A stretch of DNA of 63,083 nt, the filler included. It is 3 parts of 3 records of this genome, joined end to end, with 100 filler letters (N's around TTAATTAATTAA, not from the genome) between each part and the next. Parts side by side here need not be neighbours in the genome. Positions count along the whole stretch, not along the records: positions 31,632 to 53,833 come from DRR723986_14740; positions 53,934 to 63,083 come from DRR723986_14781; 1 more part is not named here. One strand, given 5' to 3'. Shown piece by piece: positions 47,401 through 56,963 of the stretch; within the stretch, counting starts at the first letter, position 1; each line of letters starts with the position of its first letter. The translations under genes were made by a program, and so were the position numbers. The notes under the pieces were generated by a model. It was not told the DNA's origin. It searched no databases and saw only the letters and a list, made by a program, of their open reading frames with translations.

Positions 47401-47746
47401 TCAGTTCGCTGGCGGTATTGTGCCAAGGAACTCGTTTGAACAGCCATGGTCTGCTGATATTGACCTTCGCTTCCAGCAAGAGCTGCCAGGCCTTGGTCTA
47501 ACCGACAAAGACCAGTTCTTGTTGTTCATCGATTTTGAGAATGTGTTGAACTTCATTGACAGTGGTGCTGGTATTCAGCGCTTTGTGAACACAAGTAACA
47601 ACGCAGAAGGTATTGATGTGGTAGCGGCTGATATCGTTGCCGGACAGTACGTCTACAGCGATTTCGATCCTGATGCTGTCAACATTGATATCGACTCTGG
47701 TGATACACTGTGGCGTATTAACTTCGGTATCAAATACCGGTTCTAA
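44423..47746 (+). CDS. Oar-like TonB-dependent receptor
   Basis: Signal peptide, N-terminal carboxypeptidase-regulatory-like domain (GGPYTIRV), IEEIVV TonB-box-like segment, INVVTKSGTNEF plug end, GGPIIED.LFF, C-terminal aromatic strand ending KYRF. Confidence 0.92.
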   Translation: MNRLFKTTLCSGVALAAMAASVPAISQEITSTIRGTVTTPAGNPAAGYAVVVVDTRTGARQETTTNANGNFSVRSLTVGGPYTIRVTGGQYEDILVTGVNTSLGNTSNFNLALSAAQSGIEEIVVVASAASVTNLAIGPGTAFNLTEIESVPSVSRQIRDVIRIDPRVNIGRGSGGQGFGISCLGGSNRVNSFTIDGIRAADPFGLNASGNLSRNTFPIPFDTVAATSVEFSPIDVEYGQFTGCNINVVTKSGTNEFTGSAFMLYTGDQFTGEDIEGQNPVTADFNNYNWGAELGGPIIEDTLFFYGSYEETSTGAVQDEGPIGGGFLNESGVTVAEAERIRNILTTSYGRDPGDIVRTLPQTSRRFFGRIDWQINDQHRFEASYGRLEENQLLGDDISGGRGEFTFRDNFQDRGSVSDTYSFRLFSNWTDNFSTEVRASRNSIADIQSPTLGGEAQDANPVPRIAIGPFGNEFFGQDFASGPGVFRSANQLDTQIDQIKIKADYVTGDHTVTFGYELDSLDVFNLFIINATGTILFDDIDALEAGTARQIRANGSFTGDPTDAAAEFSRNIHTLYIQDEWQVTDTFNLVGGLRYDFYDSSDQPNANPVFQNRFGFSNQQAFDGLSVFQPRIGFTWELPENFGATTLTGGFARFSGGDPTVWFANSFQNFGGAIGFGDAPGGICTDADLQVLQGGGFTGIPACVFAEAQAQAQGNFGDVAATDPDFKPPSQDRFSLGISHYTADTGIDFFDDWQVNLDFIYGKNRNAVDFVDLSIAQTGATAPDGRPLYAAIDPTLAGCSATLNDDKRGYSGVSADCFTGGFGQNILLTNAADGRNGDNYSFSAQFGKTFDFSDTASLNFRAGYAFADANVGNAGGSSTAGSNFEEVTTSDFNNVSVANSRFTNKHNIVVSATFKEDFFDDLTTTLGVFFRARSGRPLSFVFDEDTSEDTFGSSDDEANSLLYIPTGPTDPLVDFSNIDTTAFFNFIEENNLSQFAGGIVPRNSFEQPWSADIDLRFQQELPGLGLTDKDQFLLFIDFENVLNFIDSGAGIQRFVNTSNNAEGIDVVAADIVAGQYVYSDFDPDAVNIDIDSGDTLWRINFGIKYRF

Positions 47747-47769
47747 GTTGAACTGACCTAAGAAAATTG

Positions 47770-47799
47770 AACGCCCGGGTCTTTCCCGGGCGTTTTTTT
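47770..47799 (+). terminator. Rho-independent terminator
   Basis: AACGCCCGGG-TCTTT-CCCGGGCGTT followed by a T run. Confidence 0.9.
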
Positions 47800-47904
47800 A
47801 TAAAGATGAAATTTATTTAGAGGCCTAAACCAACTTTGGTATATCCTCTGTTTGCTGAATATGAACGTTTCTGCCCTGATGGTTGAAGCGTTAGACTTTA
47901 GGAA

Positions 47905-48546
47905 ATGGGAATGAACTATCCAGCCGACAATGTTGCCGTTCATAAGGCCAGCATAAGACGCGAGAATGTTGCCAAAATTCTCGATGCCGCCGAAAGTGTA
48001 TTCGCAGAAAAAGGCTTTAAAGGCGCCAGTGTTGGTTTAATTGCTGAACGCGCTAATGTTCCCAAGCCTAATGTCTATTATTACTTTGGTACAAAAGAAG
48101 AATTGTATCGTCGGGTAATTGAAAATGTGTGCTCCGTCTGGCTTCATGCTGCAGACACTTTTTATGAAGGCAATGACCCTAAATCCGCCATTGAAGAATA
48201 CGTCGCGTCAAAGATGGACTTGGCACGTCAGCGACCAAATGGGTCGCGGCTATGGGCTATTGAAATGGCTTCCGGTGCACCGTTTCTTAAAGACTATCTG
48301 GAAAGCACTGTTAAACCTTGGTTGGTTAGCCGGGAACGGGTTTTGGAAAAGTGGATCAAGCAAGAAAAGTTAAAGCCGTTTAATGCGCGGTATTTCTTTT
48401 ATATGGTTTGGGCCACCACGCAAAATTACGCTGACTTTGAGTCACAAATAAACATTATGAATGATGGTGAGCCTCTCTCAGACGAACAGTTCGAAGACGC
48501 GAAGCAGCATGTTGTTCAGATGATTTTAAATAGCACGGGTATTTAA
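47905..48546 (+). CDS. TetR-family regulator, RutR-like
   Basis: ILDAAESVFAEKGF, KPNVYYYFGTKEELY, SRLWAIE and VWATTQNYADF (RutR-type C-terminal domain). Confidence 0.88.
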   Translation: MGMNYPADNVAVHKASIRRENVAKILDAAESVFAEKGFKGASVGLIAERANVPKPNVYYYFGTKEELYRRVIENVCSVWLHAADTFYEGNDPKSAIEEYVASKMDLARQRPNGSRLWAIEMASGAPFLKDYLESTVKPWLVSRERVLEKWIKQEKLKPFNARYFFYMVWATTQNYADFESQINIMNDGEPLSDEQFEDAKQHVVQMILNSTGI

Positions 48547-48597
48547 GCTTCATACCAAGCAATCATGTAATTGTATTAATATGAGTGACTTAACGGA

Positions 48598-50268
48598 CTA
48601 GCGGATCTCTCTTAAAAGGTCGACTGCGGCAGCCCCTAAGCCTTTGTTTGCTTGACTGTCCTTTCGGTTTATGGGTGCCAGGTACCCATTGTTAAAATCA
48701 AAGTCGTACCGACCGTTTGGATTTATAACAGAGAAACCTGACGGAAAGTCATAGCCGCAATTTGCTAGGTATATGGTGTCTGAAGGTCGAGTTTGCTGCT
48801 TAGTCGGTTCTATTGCCGCATAAATTAGGTCTGGGATATCCAGATGCGATTTCGGCATGAAGGTTGGCCTATTAGCGCCAAAAATTAATAAGGGTACTTG
48901 CACTTGTTCTGTGCTCAAACGGCTTGCATGGCCAACGCGGCCGTTCTCAAAAAACTCTTCTCCGTGATCTGATGTAACAATCACAAGCGTATTATCGAGC
49001 GCGTTTGTTGCCTTTAATGCGCTCACAATTTTCTCCAGTTCCGCATCGAATAGACTAACTGCCGTTTCATAGGCTTCCAGCTTTGTCGATGTCGTGTCGG
49101 TAAGTGTGTCGCTGTAGGGATAATGTGTGCCGAAATAATAGGCAAAATGAACACCGGGTGTTTCTGACTGCTGCCATTCGGATAGTTTTTCAATTGTTTT
49201 AGCTGTCACCTCTCGGTCATTTTCTAGCGTGTCTTCACTTTCGCCTATCCATCTGGTTGCCTTTATTGGTATTATTATGTCCGATAGATCATACCAATCT
49301 AAAGACACAGATTCAGCTGTACTAACTTGAAAACCCGCAGCGGCCAGTTCAGAAAATAAGCCGGTTTCAACCGAGCGGTCTCTGGCTGCACCGTAGCGCG
49401 TGGGTAGCTTACCGGTGGCCATGCTATAAAGTGAGAAGTGCGTGCAGTTGGACACGCTGTAGTGATCTAGAGAATAAAACCCATCTTCGGGCGCCGATGT
49501 AAGCGTTGGCGCTAAGCTAGGTTTTTTTCTGATATCAGTTGAGCGAAGACTGTCGGTCACAATCACCAATATATTTGGGATGTTCTCACTATTGCGCTCC
49601 GAAAGGGGTGTCAAAACACGGGGCTTTAGCTCCAAATTCGGGCTTTGAGTATTAACTTTAGAGAGTGAAAAAGGATTTTCGCCGCGTTCTGGAAAAATAT
49701 ACCCCAGTAATTTGTTCGCCTGATAAGGGTGAAGCGTCCAGAAAAATGGCATGTCACGGCGCGCTTGAACGGCTTCGGTTGAGCCATGGTAAAAAGCAAC
49801 ACCGTAAACCAGTTGTGTCGAAGTGAAAGCAATAAGCCCTAGGGCAATTAATCGCGGCACCGATTTTACCGCAATTGATTTACCGAACTTTCGGCTACTC
49901 CAGTATAGCGCAAGGGTAAATGACAAAAGACCACCCCCAAACATCGTTGCGGACACGCCGGTGTTTTGCTTTAAACCGCCCTCTAAAAGTAGGCTTATGA
50001 CAAACCAGTTTAAGTGCAGTCCGGTTAGATATTGGATTGCAATTTCTGCGCTTAATGCAATGACTGCCACAGAAAAAAATAAGCGCCCAATCCGGCGACT
50101 GATAAGCGCAAATAAGTTACGACTAACGACAAATAAGACGACCAGCGCACTAATGTGCCCAACGGTAAGAATAATACTCGTGATGTCAGAAGCAGCTCGA
50201 ATAGCCGCAAAGATAAGGAGCAAGCTGATTGTGCAGATTTCGAACTTAGAAACACGCATTTCAATCAC
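48598..50268 (-). CDS. Membrane-anchored sulfatase-like hydrolase/transferase (YejM/LTA-synthase-like)
   Basis: About five N-terminal TM helices; PNILVIVTDSLR, HYSVSNCT, THYPY and TSDHGEEF...GH motifs. Confidence 0.8.
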   Translation of the reverse strand: MIEMRVSKFEICTISLLLIFAAIRAASDITSIILTVGHISALVVLFVVSRNLFALISRRIGRLFFSVAVIALSAEIAIQYLTGLHLNWFVISLLLEGGLKQNTGVSATMFGGGLLSFTLALYWSSRKFGKSIAVKSVPRLIALGLIAFTSTQLVYGVAFYHGSTEAVQARRDMPFFWTLHPYQANKLLGYIFPERGENPFSLSKVNTQSPNLELKPRVLTPLSERNSENIPNILVIVTDSLRSTDIRKKPSLAPTLTSAPEDGFYSLDHYSVSNCTHFSLYSMATGKLPTRYGAARDRSVETGLFSELAAAGFQVSTAESVSLDWYDLSDIIIPIKATRWIGESEDTLENDREVTAKTIEKLSEWQQSETPGVHFAYYFGTHYPYSDTLTDTTSTKLEAYETAVSLFDAELEKIVSALKATNALDNTLVIVTSDHGEEFFENGRVGHASRLSTEQVQVPLLIFGANRPTFMPKSHLDIPDLIYAAIEPTKQQTRPSDTIYLANCGYDFPSGFSVINPNGRYDFDFNNGYLAPINRKDSQANKGLGAAAVDLLREIR

Positions 50269-50291
50269 TCAGCACACTACCAATTAGATGT

Positions 50292-51617
50292 TTAGCCATC
50301 ACTTACTGCTTTGCTTTCAGCGGAGAGATGTTTCGTTGCCTCTATATCTGCAGGCAACCGTCGGCCGCCTTGCCAGAATAGATATGCCTTTAAGAATACC
50401 ACACTTGCGCCAATCGTCAGTGACAGTCGAAGCCCGTCACTGCCTGAAGTTTCACGAATTATGTCACTAACCGCTCCCACCAAAACAGGGCCTAGGCCCA
50501 AACCAATCAAGTTCAGTACCAAGAAAAGAACAGCAGATGTCATGGCGCGTTTGGTTGGGCTAACCAGTCGGTGAGATACCGCAATAGCGGGCGCTAAATA
50601 CAGTGTACCAGCCACGGCAAAGCAGAAGTATGCGATTAATACGGTGGTGGCATCATTACTGTTAAAAGCCCAAGCGCCAAGCGGGAAAGAAATCACTGCC
50701 GTTATAGCAGGCAGCCAAAGGTACCAACGGGGGTCATTTTTACCCAACTTGTCTGTTAAATAGCCGCCCAGAAAAGTGCCTATAATGCCGCCACCGCCGC
50801 CGGTGACACCGAGCAAAACACCGATCTCTGCAAGGGGCACTTGATGATAACGGATAAGGTAACTGGGCATGAAATTGCCTGTGCCGTAGCTCACAAAAGC
50901 AGAGAGTGCGCATCCTACTGCCACATAAGGAAAACACTTCAGCGCCATAAGGTCTTTGGCTGTTTCGCGTAAAGTAGACTTTTGGCCAGTAGGCTGGCTG
51001 GCTCTTGGCGGTTCTTTAACCGTTAACCAAAGAATGAGCGCCAAAATAACGCCTGGTAGTCCAACGATCAGAAAAGTACTGCGCCAACCGTAGGCTGCAC
51101 CAAGAATGCCGCCGGCAGAGTAGCCGACCAAAACACCAATATATACACCTGCAGAATATACCGCGAGGGCGGTGGCGCGCTTTTTTTCGTCAAATAAGTC
51201 TGAAATCATTGAATGCGCGGGGGGGCTGCAACCAGCTTCACCAATTCCGACACCAATTCGTGCTAACAATAATTGTACAAAGTTCTGGGCTATGCCGCAA
51301 ACAGCGGTCATGCCGCTCCAAATGGCAAGTGCTGCCGCAATAATGTTGCGCCGATTACTGCGATCCGCAAGGCGTGCGATCGGAATTCCGAGAACGGTAT
51401 AAAACAAGGCAAAAGAAAAGCCAGACAAAAGGCCCAGCTGTGTGTCTGATAGCCCTAGTTCTTCTTTAATAAGAGGCTGAAGAACGACCAAAATCTGACG
51501 ATCAATGAAGTTGAAAGTATAGACGACTGTTAGAATGGCGAGTGTGTAATATTTTACGGCAAATGATGTCTCATGTGCAGCCATGTGCGATGGTTTTTGC
51601 GCCATAAATTTCCCCAT
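50292..51617 (-). CDS. MFS transporter (spinster-like)
   Basis: FNFIDRQIL, LADRSNRRNII and RIGVGIGEAGCSPPAHSMISD motifs. Confidence 0.92.
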   Translation of the reverse strand: MGKFMAQKPSHMAAHETSFAVKYYTLAILTVVYTFNFIDRQILVVLQPLIKEELGLSDTQLGLLSGFSFALFYTVLGIPIARLADRSNRRNIIAAALAIWSGMTAVCGIAQNFVQLLLARIGVGIGEAGCSPPAHSMISDLFDEKKRATALAVYSAGVYIGVLVGYSAGGILGAAYGWRSTFLIVGLPGVILALILWLTVKEPPRASQPTGQKSTLRETAKDLMALKCFPYVAVGCALSAFVSYGTGNFMPSYLIRYHQVPLAEIGVLLGVTGGGGGIIGTFLGGYLTDKLGKNDPRWYLWLPAITAVISFPLGAWAFNSNDATTVLIAYFCFAVAGTLYLAPAIAVSHRLVSPTKRAMTSAVLFLVLNLIGLGLGPVLVGAVSDIIRETSGSDGLRLSLTIGASVVFLKAYLFWQGGRRLPADIEATKHLSAESKAVSDG

Positions 51618-51700
51618 TCAATTATGCATTAATTGTATTAATGTCGGCTTCTCCCCAGAAGCTTTCCTGACGATAGTCGAGGTGAGCGCAATTACAAGGC

Positions 51701-51727
51701 AAAAAGGCCGCCATGAAGGCAGCCTTT
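51701..51727 (-). terminator. Rho-independent terminator after the dipeptidase gene
   Basis: Minus strand AAAGGCTGCC-TTCAT-GGCGGCCTTT-TT. Confidence 0.7.
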
Positions 51728-51750
51728 CGTTTGTTATAATAAAGTGATTG

Positions 51751-52956
51751 TTAGTGCGCGGCAGCATACTCTTCAACTGTTCGCCAAACACGCAGCACAT
51801 TGCCAGACAGAATTTTCTTGATGTCGTCTTCGCTGTAGCCACGCTTGAGTAGCCCTTCAACAAGTGTTGGATAGCTTGCAACATCTTTCAAACCAATTGG
51901 AAGGCTATCACCCACACCGTCATAATCAGACCCGACACCAACATGGTCAATGCCCGCAATTTTCACAACGTGATCGAAGTGGTCAAGCACTTCATCCAGC
52001 GTCGCATAAGGATAGGGGGTTGCCTGCGAGTAGGTTGCAGTGAATGCTTCGCGGGCTTCAGGTGTATCCTCAATGCCTTCAGCTTCACGATGAGCTGTAT
52101 AGGCTGCAGCTAGCGTTGGGCGATATTGGTTTGCCGCTTCTGTCACAAATGATGACCCGTAATTGATCATGATAACGCTGCCATTGGTGGCAAGCGCCTT
52201 GATCATGTCATCATCCATGTTGCGTTCAAAGCCGGGTGTGAAGCTTCTGGCTGATGAATGGGATGCGATGACCGGGGCACTGGTTATTTTCATAACGTCC
52301 CAGAAGGCTGCGTCAGACACATGGCTGATATCAACCATAATGCCCAGTTCGTTCATGCGCTTTACAACTTGCTCCCCGAATTCGGAAAGACCGTCCCACT
52401 GGCGTTCCGGGTCATAGGAAGAGTCGGATATTTTGTTAGATTTCGAGTGTGCCAATGTAATGTAGCGAATGCCGCGTTCATGAAAATGATCCAGATTAGC
52501 GAGGTCTCCAAGCAGTGGAGAGCCATTTTCCATACCTAATGGTAGGGCAATTTGGCCATTGTTAAAAGCGGCCTCTACTTCAGCAACAGATTTGGTTACT
52601 GCAAATTTATTGGGTGATTCAGCGGCGATACGCTCCACGATATCAATCATTTTGTCAGCGTGTTCTTTTGCTGCAGGCGTTCCGTCTAGGTCTGCTGGCG
52701 TATAAATAGACATGAACGGGGCATTTAAGCCGCCAGATACTGCGCGCGGATAGTCAAAGTCGCCCGTTTCAGTTGGGCCAGATACATCGTCCCAAACTGA
52801 GTTTAAGCGGTATGGTACATCTATATGGCCATCTACGATAATTGTTTCAGCTGCAATACGATTTGCCATTGCGGTGAAATCAGGTGCCTGCTCTGGTTGC
52901 TCGCTGGAGCATGCAACTACCGCCAAAACAGATAAGCTAGCTAATAATTTTTTCAC
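51751..52956 (-). CDS. Membrane dipeptidase (peptidase M19), probable lipoprotein
   Basis: Lipobox-like VVAC; DGHID, GMENG, VDISHVSD, ASHSS and GSDYDG motifs. Confidence 0.92.
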   Translation of the reverse strand: MKKLLASLSVLAVVACSSEQPEQAPDFTAMANRIAAETIIVDGHIDVPYRLNSVWDDVSGPTETGDFDYPRAVSGGLNAPFMSIYTPADLDGTPAAKEHADKMIDIVERIAAESPNKFAVTKSVAEVEAAFNNGQIALPLGMENGSPLLGDLANLDHFHERGIRYITLAHSKSNKISDSSYDPERQWDGLSEFGEQVVKRMNELGIMVDISHVSDAAFWDVMKITSAPVIASHSSARSFTPGFERNMDDDMIKALATNGSVIMINYGSSFVTEAANQYRPTLAAAYTAHREAEGIEDTPEAREAFTATYSQATPYPYATLDEVLDHFDHVVKIAGIDHVGVGSDYDGVGDSLPIGLKDVASYPTLVEGLLKRGYSEDDIKKILSGNVLRVWRTVEEYAAAH

Positions 52957-53035
52957 GAGTATTCCCCCTTAATGTTTTGTGTGCCTATAAATCGGTAAGT
53001 ACTCGATTTATTCGGTCACCAAGTCCGGAGCAGTG

Positions 53036-53833
53036 TCAGCCTAATAACCAGGTTGCAGTCCGGAACGTTATGAATGATGCACCGTAAGCAAGCGCAAAGA
53101 GGTACGCAACCATAAAGGCAGGCCATTTCCAGCCCCCAGTCTCCCGGCGTGTCACTGCAATTGTTGACAGGCATTGGGGAGCAAATATGAACCAAGCCAG
53201 AAATGAGAGGGCAGTAGGCAGTGACCAAGCGCTGTTTAATACTGATACTAAACCTGCTTCAATCATCGCTTCGCTTCCTGATAGGGAATAAACGGTGCCA
53301 AGGGCTGCAATTGCTACCTCGCGGGCAGCCATGCCTGGCACCAAGGCCACTGATATTTCCCAGTTGAAGCCTATGGGCGCAAATATGACTTCTAACCAGC
53401 CACCAATTATACCAACCAAGCTATAGGTCACTGCTGGTTCTGTGGCTCCTTCTGGTGCGCCGGGATATATGGCCAATCCCCACAAAACAATTGTGGAAAC
53501 CAAAATTATCGTACCGGCACGTCGCAGGAATATGCGTGCCCGCTCATATAAGCCAATAAGAACAAACCTGATGTTTGGGCTTTGGTATTTGGGTAGTTCA
53601 AGAAGGAAGGTGTCTGCCTCACCTTTGGCAACGGTTCGTTTCAATACCGCGGCCATGATAAGCGCCGACAAAATACCAGCCAAATACAACCCGAACATAA
53701 CAAGCCCTTGTAGGCCAATGCCCCAACCCACAGTTTGGTTGGGAATGAATGCTGCAATAATCACGGTATAAACCGGCAGTCGTGCTGAGCAAGTCATAAG
53801 CGGTGCAATTAAAATTGTTGTCAGGCGGTCCCG
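53036..53833 (-). CDS. feoB: Ferrous iron transporter B, C-terminal part (truncated by gap)
   Basis: PLMTCSARLPVY, FLLELPKY, AAREV and PQCLST motifs; frame stays open to the linker. Confidence 0.92.
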   Translation of the reverse strand, partial: RDRLTTILIAPLMTCSARLPVYTVIIAAFIPNQTVGWGIGLQGLVMFGLYLAGILSALIMAAVLKRTVAKGEADTFLLELPKYQSPNIRFVLIGLYERARIFLRRAGTIILVSTIVLWGLAIYPGAPEGATEPAVTYSLVGIIGGWLEVIFAPIGFNWEISVALVPGMAAREVAIAALGTVYSLSGSEAMIEAGLVSVLNSAWSLPTALSFLAWFIFAPQCLSTIAVTRRETGGWKWPAFMVAYLFALAYGASFITFRTATWLLG

Positions 53834-53933
53834 NNNNNNNNNNNNNNNNNNNNNNNNNNNNNNNNNNNNNNNNNNNNTTAATTAATTAANNNNNNNNNNN
53901 NNNNNNNNNNNNNNNNNNNNNNNNNNNNNNNNN
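53834..53933. other. Artificial contig linker
   Basis: Same 100-nt N/TTAATTAATTAA/N spacer as 31532-31631. Confidence 0.97.
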
Positions 53934-54995
53934 CCGTTCGAACGGGATACAATTGCGCGCATCTATTCGATGACTAAACCGATCACTTCGGTCGGGGTCA
54001 TGATGCTTGTCGAGCGCGGGCTGTTCACGCTGGATACGCCGGTCTCGGAATTCATTCCGTCTTTCAATGACATGCGAGCCCTTGTTCCAGGGGCTGCAAA
54101 CATTGATGAGGCTGCTCCATGTTCGACACCGACCGTGCATCAGCTTTTGACCCATACCAGCGGCTTAAGCTATCCTTTTAATCCCGGTGTCCTCGCCCGC
54201 GCAATGGAGGAACAGGATCTGGTCTTCAAGCCACGCGGTGGCACTTTGACCGAACAAGCTGATTTGGTTGCCGCTTTACCGCTGGCTTTCGAACCGGGTA
54301 CGCGGTGGGAATATTCGGTCAGCATCGATATTCTCGGGCGCATTATCGAAGTCGTATCTGGAAAATCCCTCGATCAGTTTTTTAAGGACGAGATTTTTAC
54401 GCCTCTCAGCATGGTCGATACTGAATTTAGTGTGCGAGAACAAAATGGTAATCGGTTCGCCTCACTCTATACCCCGCTTGAAGGGAACGCCATGGCCCTG
54501 AATGCGGCCCAGACCGGTGGCTCAACATTGCGCCTTGCGGACGAAGCCGGAAGTTCCCCGTTTGAATCCGCAACAGTGTGGTCGGGCGGTGGCGGGCTGT
54601 TGGGAACAATAGATGACTATATGCTGTTTGCAGAAATGCTGCGGCAAGGGGGTAAATGTGCCGGAGGGCATTTGCTCAGTCCCAAAACTCTAGACTTCAT
54701 GATGCGCAACCATCTGCCCGGTGACATCGCATCCATGGGACCGCAGAGCTTTGCCGAGCAACCGATGGAGGGCATGGGCTTTGGGTTGGGCGGCGCGGTC
54801 GTGTTAGACCCAGCGCGCGCGCGATGCCCCGGCAGCATTGGCGATTTCAGCTGGGGCGGCATGGCGTCGACCTTCTTTTGGATAGATCCTGTACTCGATT
54901 TGTCCGTTGTCTTCTTCACGCAACTTTCCCCCTCCAGCAGCTACTCCTCTCGCGCAGAGCTCAAAGCCCTTATTCACGGAGCCTTTTTAACATGA
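53934..54995 (+). CDS. Serine hydrolase, beta-lactamase/esterase family (5'-truncated)
   Basis: Frame open from the gap: RIYSMTK (SxxK), LLTHTSG, PGTRWEYS and WGG motifs. Confidence 0.9.
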   Translation, partial: PFERDTIARIYSMTKPITSVGVMMLVERGLFTLDTPVSEFIPSFNDMRALVPGAANIDEAAPCSTPTVHQLLTHTSGLSYPFNPGVLARAMEEQDLVFKPRGGTLTEQADLVAALPLAFEPGTRWEYSVSIDILGRIIEVVSGKSLDQFFKDEIFTPLSMVDTEFSVREQNGNRFASLYTPLEGNAMALNAAQTGGSTLRLADEAGSSPFESATVWSGGGGLLGTIDDYMLFAEMLRQGGKCAGGHLLSPKTLDFMMRNHLPGDIASMGPQSFAEQPMEGMGFGLGGAVVLDPARARCPGSIGDFSWGGMASTFFWIDPVLDLSVVFFTQLSPSSSYSSRAELKALIHGAFLT

Positions 54996-56953
54996 CCGAC
55001 CTTCGCCCCATTCTGTGGACACCAACAAAAGAACGCGCGGACAGCAGCCGTATGGCTGAGTTTATAGAGTGGCTCGCACGTACCCGCGAGTTGCAGTTCA
55101 ACGATTACCAAGAGCTTTGGCAGTGGAGCGTAACCGACTTAGACGGGTTTTGGTCTGCGATCTGGGAATTCTTCGGGGTACAATCCAGCGCCCCGCATGC
55201 GGCTGTTTTAGCAGATCGCAAGATGCCCGGCGCAGTCTGGTTTCCCGGTGCAAAAATCAACTTTGCACAGCAAATGTTGGTGCACGCCGCCAAGTCTCCG
55301 AATGAACCATGTCTGATTGTCCAGTCTGAAACATTTGGCAGGTCTGAGCTAACTTGGGGCGAATTAACAGCACAGGTCGCGAGTGTTGCCCAGCATTTGA
55401 AATCCATGGGTGTTGCGCAGGGCGATCGGGTCGTGGCGATCCTGCCAAACACCGATACCGCCTTTGTTGCCTGTCTTGCGACGGCCAGCATCGGAGCGAT
55501 CTGGTCCTTGTGCGCGCCTGACATGGGGCATGTCGCGATCCTGGACCGTTTTCGCCAAATCGAACCCAAAGTTCTGATTGCACAGGATGGGTATGTTCAT
55601 GCGGGCAAAATGATTGATCGGTCCGAGGTGATCGAAACGATCAGAACTGGCTTGCCAACGCTACAGAACACCGTGCTGGTGCCGGTGGTCGCAGAAGTTA
55701 GCGAAGGTGTACAGGCATGGTCCGATTTGACGCAGACAAAGGCCGAGCTTGAGTTTGCTCAGGTGCCTTTTGATCATCCTCTATGGGTGGTTTATTCTTC
55801 TGGAACTACAGGCAACCCGAAACCGATTGTCCATGGGCATGGCGGCATCTTACTTGAAGGAAGCAAACAGTCCCTGCATCAAGATCTAAAGGCTGGGGAT
55901 CGGTTTTGTTGGCTTACATCATCGGGTTGGGTCATGTGGAACGCCCAATTTGTCGCGCTGGGGCAGGGTGCCTCGGTGTTGATGTATGATGGGGCTCCGA
56001 ACCACCCGGACATGATGACCGTCTGGCGCAGTGTGGCACAGGAACGAGTCACCTATTTCGGAGTTGGCGCGGCTTATGTCACGATTTGTGCCAAAGCCGG
56101 GATCCGACCTTGTTATGAACTTGATCTGGGCGCTCTCACCTCACTGGGCACAACCGGGTCGCCTTTAACGTCGGACGGGTATGACTGGATCTATGATGCT
56201 GTGCGCGCGGACATTTGGCTTGCGCCGATCTCTGGCGGGACAGATTTTTGTGGCGCATTTGTTGGGGGCAATCCTATGTTGCCTGTGCGTGCAGGGGAAA
56301 TGCAATGTCGCGCGTTGGGTAATGCCGTTCGCAGCTTTGATGTGCATGGCGCTGAACTGATTGGGCAAGTTGGCGAACTGGTGTGCACAGAACCGTTACC
56401 ATCGATGCCTTTGTTCCTTTGGGGGGATGAAGACGGTCAACGGCTTTACGAAAGCTATTTCGATACATACCCGGGGATTTGGCGGCACGGAGACTGGATT
56501 GAAATCACCGAAGAAGGAGGGTCAGTGATCTATGGCCGGTCTGACGCGACGATCAACAGACAAGGCCTGCGGTTAGGTTCTTCTGAAATTTATCAAGCGG
56601 TCGAAGGGTTGAGCGAGGTGTTGGATTCCCTCGTCATTGATCTGGAATTCCTCGGTCGTGATAGCTTTATGCCACTGTTTGTGGTGCTGGCTGAGGGGGA
56701 AAAGCTGGATGATGCGATGAAAGTCAAGATAAACGGGGCTATTCGCGAATCCGTGTCCGCCCGGTTTGTGCCCAATGAAATCATTCAGATCCCCGAGGTT
56801 CCACGCACAATGTCAGGTAAGAAGCTGGAGGTTCCGGTGAAAAAGCTGCTATTGGGCGGAGATCCTGCTAACGTCGTCAACCGGGACTCGATGGTGAACC
56901 CAGACAGTTTTGATACATTTGTCGACTATGCACAGGCATTGAACAACACATGA
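54992..56953 (+). CDS. Acetoacetate-CoA ligase
   Basis: YQELWQWSV, YSSGTTGNPKPIVHGHGG, SGGTD, GRSDATINRQG and SGKKLEVPVK motifs; ATGA overlap. Confidence 0.92.
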   Translation: MTDLRPILWTPTKERADSSRMAEFIEWLARTRELQFNDYQELWQWSVTDLDGFWSAIWEFFGVQSSAPHAAVLADRKMPGAVWFPGAKINFAQQMLVHAAKSPNEPCLIVQSETFGRSELTWGELTAQVASVAQHLKSMGVAQGDRVVAILPNTDTAFVACLATASIGAIWSLCAPDMGHVAILDRFRQIEPKVLIAQDGYVHAGKMIDRSEVIETIRTGLPTLQNTVLVPVVAEVSEGVQAWSDLTQTKAELEFAQVPFDHPLWVVYSSGTTGNPKPIVHGHGGILLEGSKQSLHQDLKAGDRFCWLTSSGWVMWNAQFVALGQGASVLMYDGAPNHPDMMTVWRSVAQERVTYFGVGAAYVTICAKAGIRPCYELDLGALTSLGTTGSPLTSDGYDWIYDAVRADIWLAPISGGTDFCGAFVGGNPMLPVRAGEMQCRALGNAVRSFDVHGAELIGQVGELVCTEPLPSMPLFLWGDEDGQRLYESYFDTYPGIWRHGDWIEITEEGGSVIYGRSDATINRQGLRLGSSEIYQAVEGLSEVLDSLVIDLEFLGRDSFMPLFVVLAEGEKLDDAMKVKINGAIRESVSARFVPNEIIQIPEVPRTMSGKKLEVPVKKLLLGGDPANVVNRDSMVNPDSFDTFVDYAQALNNT

Positions 56954-56963
56954 GGTCGACCCC

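Noticed and set aside
53934-54995. Beta-lactam resistance gene
   Set aside because: SxxK/LLTH serine hydrolase coupled to acetoacetate-CoA ligase and tesB; context indicates an esterase in acyl-CoA metabolism.
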